DNA from: Tubiluchus corallicola
Taxonomy: Eukaryota; Animalia; Priapulida
Length of the DNA: 64,000 bases
Direction of reading: 5' to 3'
Assembly: GCA_030141605.1 (NCBI GenBank)
Contig: JAQGDQ010000174.1
Span: 381,295-445,294, forward strand
Below the pieces are notes generated by a model. It was given only the letters and a program-made list of their open reading frames with translations. It was not told the origin of the DNA and ran no database searches. Made by a program: the position numbers and the translations under genes. This document shows positions 11,790 to 22,873 of this stretch, in pieces; positions within the stretch are counted from its first letter, which is position 1, and each line of letters opens with the position of its first letter.

Positions 11790-13920
11790 CAAACTCTGTG
11801 TACTGTCTTCTTGATATACCACATTTGACATATTCCAGCACACAAACATTTCTTTCTTCAAACAATCAAACGTCTTTGTGAAATGCATCTACTTACAGAA
11901 CTTTGTTAATAGCTGGAGCTATTGATAACTGTCCCTTTGACATTTTTGTATACAGACTGCCCTAAGTAAATCCCTGACAATTCAAGATTAGGTGCTGTGA
12001 ATAAAACATAAGAACACGGGTACAGCCAAATTAGAATTGTTATTGTCAGTTTGCTAGTGACAATAGGTATCTGTTGATAGAATTTTTTATTTGAAACCTT
12101 TGCAAAAAGTTATTAGCTGGATTGTGAAATTTTCTTTGTGACCACAGACTGGCAGGATGTGTGCCCACTAATGTGTCAATAGTTATTATTTATTTATGAA
12201 AATGGTAGACTACTATGCTGAACAGTCTCACTATGTTGAACAAATTTAACTGAAGTCAGTTTGCTATGAAGTTAAACTTTTTAGTAGAAGCAGTTAAGCA
12301 AAGGAGAATCATTGATATGACTAAGGAAAACAACCATGAATAGTTTTTGTAAGATACTGAGTATCTTTTTTCTCTCTTCTTATACCTACCTTGTTATGAC
12401 GTTATTGAATAACTGTACCCCAAAAATAACTGAATGGCATGTGAATGCACATGCGATACATTACCTGTCTTTGTGCTGAGAATGACTGAGGTAGACAGGT
12501 GTTTAAAAATATGTTCAAAGAATATTTTGACCATTTGCTTTACTTGGAAGTTAGCATCCAGTGTACATTGTACTTCACTATATTCATAAAGTGGTACTAT
12601 TTGTGTTGCCATTATCTTAATTATGTAGAGTGCTGCAACAGCCAGTAGACACTTTGGTTTGTGATTTTCTTTGTAGCTAAGCTTTTCGTCTAATCTTAGC
12701 AAATTTTTGAATTACTCAAAAGTGGTTTTTGATAAATCTTCTTATTTAAATTTTGCCTGGATTCCCATTACTAATGTAAGATGAGGTGCAATGAATGCAG
12801 TGGAAAGAAGTTCTTTGATCATAAACTGGAGTGGAATAGAAAATTCTCAAGAGCAAATGGACCAGACAGTGCTCTAACTATAAACAAAGTATTTTGCTCA
12901 AAGTGGTACCAGATAGTTGGAAGACCTTCACCCATGAGCTGTTAAAAACTTTCTCGAAACAAGGTATCCGACTTCCAACTGGATTGATCCCTAAGCTCTT
13001 CCCACTGAAAATTTAGTGCTTGATAGATCATCGTGCAATTTCTTACAATCAGGCTAGAATTTCACAAAAAGACCAAGGCACCTTCAGTCATCCTTCTTGA
13101 AGTCGAAACAACAATTAGAGATTGTTTTGGAGACATTTTATTGGAAATGTTTGCTTATATTGGAAATGCATGTGTTAATCATTAGCACAAGTGCTTTGAA
13201 GAAGGCAGCAAGAATATTGACGTCTACCAATACAGTTTTTGTCTTATTTGACCCAAAACAAGTTTTTAGTTCATCTGTACCAATTTTTTCACATTTTGTT
13301 TTTTTTTAAAATATAAAACACATCCTGACTTCAGAATGGCAAAACTATTGAACATCATTTTAAAGGAAAGGACAAGTCATTTAGCACATTGTGTTTATTT
13401 TACTCTTAACACCTAAACTTTAAAAAAATATATAACAAATTAATTTGCAAAAAACTCTGTATAAAGCATGAAGTTAATTTGTGCTACCGCTGAATGGAAA
13501 TTTTGACATGTGATAGTAGCCTTCAGTCAGTTGAAAATATGGTGGACTTCGCGACTTTTCGTAGCCGCATCATGGGTTTCCGTAAGATCTAAATTTCCTT
13601 AAACTATTTCACACTTCTGCAGCTTAGCTAATATTTGCCAAATTGGCTAATTTTCTATAAAAACTTATTGTACTTTTGAAGAAAATTGTCAGCACATTGG
13701 TTTTCTTCAGCTGATGAATGATGGCATTCGTGGAAGAATGAGCGTCAGAAATGGTAACAACCAAGCGTGAAATGATTGCGACTTTAAAGTGATTTTACTA
13801 ATTATACGAAGCTCTTATCACACTTTTATTACTAGATCCTGCAAACAAGCCTAACTTTGCAGAATGTTTGGCCCTTCCTTTAAAATGCTGGAAATAAAAA
13901 ATATCATTATTATGTTTCAG

Positions 13921-14109
13921 GAGAAAGCATTCCGTTTTCAAAATAAAGTCGACGCTGTTAAAGTTAAAGCAAAATCTTATCAAGCCAAGGGCAAGCATTT
14001 AGTACAAAACATAGAAGAAAAGAGCAATGAACTTATCAACAAGTGGGAAGAAAAGTCAAGGGAATTTATAGGCAACTTCCTCTTAATGTTTGGAAAGGAG
14101 GGAAAATTT
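13921..14109 (+). CDS. PCYT1: PCYT1 coding exon 6 (membrane-binding M domain)
   Basis: EKAFRFQNKVDAVK...EEKSNELINKWEEKSREFIGNFLLMFGKEGKF; TTTCAG and GTAAGT bounded. Confidence 0.96.
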
Positions 14110-14479
14110 GTAAGTAATGTTTGATACATTCATTTTTTTTCTTAAGTTTGTTTAAATCTGCATATATTTGCCTAGCATGTGGGAATTTGCAAGCTTATAG
14201 TTTTGTAATTGCTTACAGATAGTGTGTAGAAATTTGCAAAATTATTTTATTCCATATTTGCATTTTTTCCAAAAATAGGTTTAATGCATTTCCATACATG
14301 TGGTTTAAACTAAAAACAAACTGGTAAAAAATGAAGTCAAAACTGACAAAACAAAAATATTCTGCTGATAAAAACTGTATGACAGACTATAGAAATTCAA
14401 GGTCATTATTTTCAGCTAAATGCATATAAATTCTATTGGAGCTAGTCTTTTGCCAAAGCCAAAGTCGCGATTACTTCTG

Positions 14480-14670
14480 CCAAATGGATGTAACTAAAAA
14501 GTCCTTGTATGTAAAAGAGATTAGTATTACCCAGGCTTTATCATAAATACAACATGCCAAGCAGGGCAACAGCAGGTACCATTTTTAAAGTCTTTGTATG
14601 GCCCAGCTGCAGTATCGAACTCACGACCGCCCAGACAGAAAGCAGATGCATTACCACTAGACTACTGTCT
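14480..14670 (-). mobile_element. tRNA-derived SINE (Deu/Nin-core-like)
   Basis: Minus strand: A box TAGTCTAGTGG, B box GAGTTCGATAC, then CATACAAAGACTTTAAAAATGGTACCTGCTGTTGCCCTGCTTGGC, which resembles the conserved core of Deu/Nin SINEs as I recall it. Confidence 0.7.
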
Positions 14671-15599
14671 GGTTTAAGGCTACCGTCTTGTGTACCGTAT
14701 GTTGCTAAGTTATGTCACATTATTGCCTGTTTAATCGTGGAAGATGCTAGACTGTTTAATTGCACCGAGAGAGAGAGAGAGATCAGTAGAAAATGATCAA
14801 AGTTTTCTGTGTGTAAAACTGATTTTCTGAATGCATGTGCTTTTAGTACAGGTAGACATTAATTAATCAGTGATTGCAGAAAGCAAATTAACCTCTTTCT
14901 TCCAGTAATTCCTATGCTAGCAATTTCATCTTGCTTCAGTCGCTCGTGTAACTTTTCTGTGTAAGGGGCACTCAGTGCCAACCCATGGACATGTGGATGC
15001 CTTTTTCGTGCAATTTGTGTTTTTATACACCATACATACTCCCTCAATGAATTAAGCAGCTTGGATTAGTATAGCAAATGAAACAGCTGGAAGTAAGTAT
15101 CGAACCCAGGCAGTCGTAAGCTATGTTACGCAAAAGCGTGCATGTATCCGCTTGACTATTAGTTGCCACAAAAGATACTAAAGAAACGTAATACTTGATT
15201 TTTTGTTTTTGGTTCAATTTTATACAGATTACAAAAAAATAATAGCATGTTTGTAGGTAGGTTTTACTAGTGTTTCTGTGGTTTCTTGTCCACTGAACTA
15301 CTTTCCCACTTTCCATTGACTTTTGTTCGATGGGAAATGATCTTTACAGAACAGTTGTAAATCCTACTAGAACGAATTGCATGTCAGAGCTGTGTATTTT
15401 GTCAGGGTTTTTAAACTAAATCAGTAGAGGCGGTTATGTAATGCGTTATGAGTGACTCATCCTTGCTTCGAGATTTGACTGGTGGCCCTTCTGGTCATCT
15501 TTTCTGTGATTCTTAAAATTGTAGTCCTAAATGTTTTTTTGAAAAAAGTTTGCAAATCTTTTTCGCTCATCAGCGTTCGGTCTGACGCTTTTAATTCTT

Positions 15600-15970
15600 T
15601 TACTTTTTTAAGGCAGCGTAAATGTTGACGTTTAGCCAGTTTTTCGCCAAGTTGGCGAAATTGAGCTACTTTTTGGCGAAATAATCATCTTGCGTCGCGG
15701 TTGCACGGTAACTTCCGTTACATTTTCAACATGTCGCGGTTCGTTTCTTCGTTAATGTTTTTCGAATTCCTCTTACATTGTGGTTTTGTTAAACGTTCAT
15801 TAAAATTAGCAGATTCAGAGTGAAAAGAGAATTTGTTAAGAGTGTTGTGTATAATAAGTAACTGATCGTGTTTTTGAGGGACGTGGATAAGGGGGCGACT
15901 GTGTTATTGATCGTACAGTTTCGCTGAATGTACAGTACCGCAAGGCGTGTTTTCTTCGCGCGTTTCGTTT
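15600..15970. promoter_or_regulatory. CpG-rich promoter-like island inside PCYT1 intron 6
   Basis: CpG-dense relative to flanks; ETS-like ACTTCCG (~15711), TCGCGG motifs, palindromic TTTCGCCAAGTTGGCGAAA; no CDS found. Confidence 0.3.
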
Positions 15971-16464
15971 ACAAGGTTTCTTGATGTAGAGTATTTTTGT
16001 CAAGAAAAAATAGCAAACAGTAAAAGCTGCAGTGAGGAGTGCTTTGTTATTAGATCATTTTTATGTTAACTAGAGTCTTCATCCTTATTGCATTTCCGTA
16101 CATGAAAAAATATTCATAACAGATTAGGCATAGTACTATCAAGCTTAACTGTGATGACTGCAAGTAATATTTAAATGATGATAATGTTTTTAAATGTCTA
16201 GAATTTTGTTTTCCTTTTGAAGGTGAACTTAACTAATTCGCATATATTACATAATAATTATGTTTTTCCTAGGTAATGTATTATCAAATGCCACTTTAAT
16301 GGAGATTTGGTGCTAATTCTGGGATTTTGTTCCAGTATAACTTTCATTACTTTTTAATTCTGAAAGTTAATGATTTTAATTGATGTCTCGTCATGAAGTA
16401 GGACGCTAAGGTGTTCGTATTGGGTTCAATGAGCTTGAGTCAGTCATGAAAGATTCAGGCTTAA

Positions 16465-17149
16465 GGTAGGACTCATGTATGTATCTAGCGTGATCCATGA
16501 TGCCTAGTGCAATTAAATGCATATAAAACAGTTTTGATTTAAATACATGGAAGTGTTTCCATGTGTGCGTAATGCGCAATCCATAGTGCACGATACGTAT
16601 TCATTCAAATGTGATTGCTATTGTCTGAATATGCATCACGCAACAATACTTATACGCATTTACGAAACTGCTGTTGTCTAAGTGATTTAATGAATTTTCA
16701 AGTTTTTGATGACTGTTTTCACTGATTAGCTCGTTGGTCAAGTGAGTTTTGGTCACTTCAGAAACTGTACACGATAATATTTCTTCCATTTAAGTTTCTA
16801 AGAGTTGGAAGAAGTGTACAATTATGTTGTTTTGCATCTAATTGCAGTTCCTTCACTAAGTGGTGATACATACTGTATTGTTCTATCCCCGGCAAAATGT
16901 TATGCACCCTAAACCCGTGCTTTTCAGTTTTTCGATGTAATAGTATATTAGTAAGCTGAAGTAACCACTGTGATTATTTCTTGATCACTGTTGCATTGAA
17001 ATTTCGCATAGACATGACTTCCAAAAATTATTACCAATTTTCGTGAATGGTAGAAAGAGTGCCGTGAGCTTTGTTAATATGCATAGTGCTCACAGACACA
17101 TGGAAATAGTCAATACGTATCACGCATTACGCGTTCATGCAGTCCTACC
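16465..17149. mobile_element. Kolobok-like MITE
   Basis: TTAA|GGTAGGACTCATG ... CATGCAGTCCTACC|ATAA: TIR with GG termini and a TTAA-type TSD (one mismatch); subterminal GCGTAATGCG/GATACGTAT motifs in inverted orientation. Confidence 0.6.
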
Positions 17150-20100
17150 ATAAATATCATGGGATTAAAACAGTAAAAAGTAGGATTTGTCACGTGAATA
17201 CCCGCATGCGAAACTTTTTGGTATGATACTGCAAATGCCTTTATTTATAATCTGAATTATACATTCCCGAGTGATGACACCCTTTTTTTAAGCTATGCTT
17301 TATTAACCATATTATATACGATCTATTGGCCAGAAAGAAGTTGTGTTATAAACTTATACGTTTTTAAGCCTACTCAATTTAGTTCACATTTACTAATGAC
17401 TTTGAAGTTTGAAGTGTAAAGGCACAGTAGCTTTTGCAGTTTGATAGTGATTTTAGTAGATTGAAGCACCAGCTCCCTGTTACATTCTGTATACATCAAT
17501 ATATGTAATGTGCATATATTTGTTACCAAAAAAGAACCATTGCAGCATTTTCCCGTTTAAGCATCAGATTTAGCAAAATTGTGCTAATAATACTAATGAG
17601 GTTTTCACTAAATTTCCTCAATGATTTGATTCTAGATTTGATGCTTAAACAATTACTGCAATTTAATTTCAGGGCTATGATTAGCCTGTGCTGACAGCTT
17701 CTCAGCATCCGTCCATATAGTTTATATTCAGAATGCCAGAACTTCAACAAAAACTGCTATTACTATAAAATTAGATCACGCCTGGTGTAGTTTATTTATT
17801 TTCAAGGTCTGAGCAATTTGTAACTGTTTTCACTTAGTTTTTGTCTTCAATGCAGGCAAGAGGTGTATATTGCTATAGCAATTTGTGCTTGGCTGATCTT
17901 TGCCATTGGTTTTGTGTGCAACTTAAAGCCTGAATTAACAATTTTCAGCTCCTTTAAGTTTTAATTTGACTTTGGTCTCTTTGCTTTAAAGTCCCCTTTG
18001 CTATCTTCATTATAGCAACTAAACTAGTTATAGTACTATTTAAAGAAAGTAAAATGTTTCTCCTTTCCAATCACTGATGTTATGATTTGAAAGACTATAT
18101 ACTCTGGCTTTAAACGGCAAGGAAAGGGAAAAAGTGCGGCTTGTTTCTTAAAAATTGTTACAGTTAAGATTGTGAACATTTACCATTAAAAGCATGTCAT
18201 TACATTTTTTGCAGGTTTTGCATTTGCAAATTTTTCTTAATATTTCTCTGTCCATAAATTTGTCTTGTTTAGTTTACTGACACAGGCATGATACAGTTTT
18301 CATAAGTCAAAACACTTGGTGATATTTTGCTTGCATAGCCTAGGGCTACTGATACCCTAGGGGATTTAACGAAAATAAATGTGATACAACAAAGAGCTTT
18401 CTCCACATAGGGCAAATATTTTGATGCAGCCTAAACTGCAACATATGTCTCCTGTTTGTTGTGAAATGCTATACATATCAGGCTGTGCTTAGCTAGATTT
18501 GTCAAGTCTCAGCAGACTTTTAAAAGGCTAGTTATTCTGAACAAAAAGTTTTACTTAAATTGTTGAAATGTTTCATTAAGTCTCTTAACTTGAAGTGTTA
18601 ATTGTCTTTATTGACTGAGTTGACAGCATATCTATTATCTAGTGTTTACAGAACTCTACGTAAATAAACAAAAGTTGATGTGTACACATAAGCCATGTTG
18701 TATAGCAAATATGAGAATAAAGTAAGGACTAAGTAGAATATTCAGTCCACCAGGGGCATATTTACCAATAGGCTAATCTATAGCCTAGGGCGCCACATTT
18801 TAGGGGCATAGTGCTAAAAAATTCTTATTTTCCTTGGAAAAAGTATTTCATATTCATGTAAAGCACATATTTTATATCAGTAGTTACTGAGTCCTCTCTT
18901 TATAAGCATAGACATAGGCATAGACATGTAATCTGAATAGACATGTAAGCGGTTTATAATAAACAAGTACAAGGCATTGCATACAAAACAAACAAACAAA
19001 GTATTGGATAACAGGTACACCACGAGCAGCACAAAAACACCACAAACACAAAAAAAAAACAAAACCACCACAAATAGTACTACCAATACACTGTAAGTGC
19101 TTTTGCAATATGCTTTGCATATATAGAGGTAATCCATGACAGAGATGGGTGGAAGTGAACAGTCAGCGTAGGGCATCATATGATTGATATGTCCCTGCAA
19201 TTCCTCGATTTCCCCCTGCAGTCCACTATTTGTAAGTCTTTAGTCGTCATCTAGAAGAAAATTGCGAAAGTCAAGTGTTCTGTTAGGAATGTTAGAGTTA
19301 AAACTAAGTAAATTAAAACGTTGACCAGGTTTCTGATGAGTGTGCCGTAGCATTTAGATACACATACATGCCACTAAGTACTACAAGTGTATTGTACTTA
19401 TATTTTTAGGACAAAATAATTTTGTGGTATGTGTTCAGCTAGTTGGAAGATTGATAATACAAATTAAATAAAGGTGTGATTTGCCAAATCAATCGTTTGT
19501 ATTGATCGAGTGCCGTCATTTGGCACTGCAAGTCGACCAGTTCACCCTGTAAAGCTTAAAATATGTCAACTTGACCTACATACTTTAACAAAAGCTAACT
19601 AAAACTGACCATAGTGATGTTTAGGTGACATTGATGTAGTCGTCCTTCCGTAAACGTCCTTAATGTGTAAGTGGTACTAATGACTAGCTTGGCCCCTGAA
19701 GGCAAATGAACAGAGGTAATAAGCAGCATGGTAGATGCTTTTTCCATTAAGAGGCATTAGGAATTTCGGATGACGTCACTGAACAACGTCCAGCATTGTA
19801 ATTACCATATTCTTTCTGGCTTCTCACGTTAGGTGAATGACCAAGTGATTTAAATTTTATTTGCATGCAATCAACTTGTTGATATTTTGGCACAGTAGCC
19901 AAGGAGAAGAACCACTGGTATAATGTTTCCTGACAGCAAAATAGCATTTGTTATTTTATTTAATAATAAAGGCTGGCTAACTTGAAGGAAATTGGCCAAA
20001 ACTCATTGCTTGCATGTCTTATCAGTTGAAGTCAGTATCATTTTTAACCTGGCCAAGCCTCCTAACTGACAACGTCCAGAGATTGGAGAACAGAACGACG

Positions 20101-21385
20101 TTTAGTACAACGGATCTGTAAACTTTATACAAACGTAGAATAGATAGCGTCAGTCTGACACTGAGAGTAAATGGGGCAGCAAAATTAATGGAGCGTTTAC
20201 CACGGAGTACGTGTGTTAATGTTATAATACGTATTAACCTGTAGAGTGTCTCTCACCGTTACTGCTGAACTGTTTATGCTGTTGATTGAATCCACTCCCC
20301 AATGTAGCACAAGTAGCTCGTGTAATATTAAACTGCTTTAATCCTGTTTACGTCGTAGAATTTTGTAATTTTTTGTCGACGCAGTCATGGCGTTTAGCCG
20401 AGTAACCAAGCGTTTTTGCGGTGATATAGCACGATGTGATTATGAATCATAGCTGTCGTGGGTTCAGAATGGAATGTTGCGTGATTGTTAAGTAGTTTTA
20501 ACGTGCTTATCAAAAGCCGAATTTTCCTGTATTATAAAAAGCACGTAACTTTTCACCAATTAGTAAATCATTAGTCATTAGCGTTTGGTTGTTTTCCAGA
20601 CGTGAATGTGTAAACGCTTTCAGCGGACAAGTGCAAATTCCTGTTGTCTCAGTTTTGTAGCTTTACAATAACAATAATATACTGAGTACTGTTTTTTCAA
20701 TTTGACTTTAGCAGACTTAAAGGTTGTGTTCGTACAACAAATTCTGAGGGCAACACACTTACTGAGATTTGGGAGGGCGTGTGTTTTTACAGAGTTTAAT
20801 GTATTGTAATGCATGTATTGCATTTCATGGACTGGAATACGCCCTCTGGAATAAAAACAACTTACCTGTTTTTCGTACTGTAGGTTTTCCATTCAAGGCT
20901 AGAGTAGTTACGTGCATATAACATTATGCAGCTAAAAGTTGAAGTAACATAGTTGCCGAGAAACTCGCCTTTGTAATTTGTATTATAATGTCGAAACAGA
21001 GACGTTTTTCGTTATTAAATCTTTTATCTGTAAGGATAGCCTACCGTTGAGAATTTGGGAAATTAAATTGGGCACACCTACTCATGATATTTTTTATTTC
21101 TGAATAGCTTATTGCACAAGTTCTTCTAAACTAAGAATTTGCGATAAATTTAACTGAAAAATGTCTATCGGGCACCAGCTTGGTATCTTTCCTCCTTTTG
21201 CATAGGCATCAGAAACTTCCGTAACAGTATTTAAATATTTCACCGAAACTAGTTTGCCTTCATGACGCCATCTACCAATTTTTTTTGTAAACTAACTGAA
21301 ACTAGTATACTTTCATAATGTTAATTTTTGTCTAATGTTGGCAACTAGCAACTATTGGCTTCATAAGCACACGGCGGGGCTTCTC

Positions 21386-21399
21386 GTTGCTATGGCAGC
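21386..21399. promoter_or_regulatory. RFX X-box upstream of the nested Rab gene
   Basis: GTTGCTATGGCAGC fits GTNRC(C/T)ATRG(C/T)AAC with one mismatch; extra half-sites CTAGCAAC (~21345) and ATGGCAAC (21793-21800); CpG-rich context. Confidence 0.55.
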
Positions 21400-22099
21400 G
21401 CTGTTACTGAGTTAATAAACTTGCGGCGTTTAGTGTTTTTGCCAGACTTTTAGCAGCATAATAACAGTGCAAAAGAGCTGCTGATATAGTACGTGGTTGC
21501 CTGTTTTAGTGGTCACTGAAGACTTTGCTCCACGTACTTCTGACATTTAAACAGATGTTTTGGTAATTTGCCTGCGCAAAGCAACAAATAACGCCCAGAC
21601 TGCGCCGCTACTACAGTTTCACTTATTTATTTAGGTTCTCTTCAAGTACCTGACTAGGTTGCGGAACAAATGACAGTAATAGAACGAGTAACTTTACTCT
21701 ACAGACAAAGAACAGTCTGTTTTTACCTTTATGGCTAACTTAGTTTAACTGGTAGCTGTTACGTTTTCGACAGCATGTGTTTTAAGCGCGTGATGGCAAC
21801 GATATCATAATTTATATGGTGAAGTCATTAGTCTCGTTCCTGTGTAAATCTAGTTTTCTTGAGGGTTCTATAACTCTTTCGCGGACATTGATTTTAGATT
21901 CTCTCGCTATGTCAGGAGGTATTGATCTAAATGTATCTCTTGGCTTTCTCAGGGGTGTTTTCCAGCGGCGCTTCTACAGTGACTGCAGAACTTTGCTGTT
22001 TATGTGACTGTGATATATGCAGCCTATTGCCGCTGCATAAGCTGTGCTAAGTTTGGCTAAATAAATCTCGAATGTGACTTTTTACAAGACAAAACTGTG

Positions 22100-22873
22100 A
22101 TGGAGTCAGAGGATTCCATGAACATTTCTCAAATTTCGCAAAATTCAAACATTCCACAGCTAGATGATACTGAAGGTCAAGAGACTCAAGATGATGAAGA
22201 CCAGTATCTTAACGTTGTTAGCGAATACAGAACTGGAGATGGATATTTCTTCAAAGTGATCCTAGTTGGTGACTCTGGTGTAGGAAAAACTAATGTGCTA
22301 CGACGTTATACACATAATGAATTCTTTCAATATATGCCTACAATTGGAGTAGAATTTGGACTGGCCAAGATGGTAGTTGATGGTAAACGAGTCGTGGCCA
22401 ACTGTTGGGACCTGCCTGGACAGGAGCGATTTCGCGCGGTGAATATGACATTTTATCACGGAGCGTCCGGCGTCCTGTTGGTCTATGATATAACTAATCG
22501 TGTTACTTTTGAGAATCTAAAAACTTGGATGAAAGAAGTATGTGATGGTGCTCATAGTGATGCTGTTATTATGTTAGTTGGAAATAAATCTGATATTGTT
22601 AGCAAGCGAGTCGTGCCGGAGGATGAAGGACGTCAGTTAGCAGAAGAAAATGACATGTTATTTATGGAGACTTCAGCACTGGAATCCATAAACATTGATA
22701 TGGTGTTTCAGACGCTGCTAACGAAAATGTATTATGTGGCGCTAGACAGACAGGAAGAGACAGTTACAAATACGGGATTGTTGCTAAATTTAGTGGAAAC
22801 TGTAAGAACTGTTGGAAGAAACATGGGTCATAAAATACATGGTGCAGTAGGAAATATAAAATCTTCTAATTAA
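22100..22873 (+). CDS. Divergent Rab11-like small GTPase, intronless CDS, nested in PCYT1 intron 6 (257 aa from ATG 22100)
   Basis: G1 GDSGVGKT, G2 PTIGVEF, G3 WDLPGQERF, G4 VIMLVGNKSD, G5 ETSAL. Rab11-type signatures: FKVILVGDSGVGK.N.L.RYT.NEF, TIGVEF, GVLLVYDIT. Acidic ~48-aa N-terminal extension; no C-terminal Cys. Confidence 0.92.
   Translation: MESEDSMNISQISQNSNIPQLDDTEGQETQDDEDQYLNVVSEYRTGDGYFFKVILVGDSGVGKTNVLRRYTHNEFFQYMPTIGVEFGLAKMVVDGKRVVANCWDLPGQERFRAVNMTFYHGASGVLLVYDITNRVTFENLKTWMKEVCDGAHSDAVIMLVGNKSDIVSKRVVPEDEGRQLAEENDMLFMETSALESINIDMVFQTLLTKMYYVALDRQEETVTNTGLLLNLVETVRTVGRNMGHKIHGAVGNIKSSN

Noticed and set aside
11800-13310. Coding-like decayed sequence in PCYT1 intron 5
   Set aside because: Many stops in all frames; probably an old transposon, but I cannot assign a family by eye.
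18877-19200. Hydrophobic 107-aa minus-strand ORF
   Set aside because: Hydrophobicity comes from low-complexity A/C-rich DNA; upstream in-frame stop and no homology recognised.
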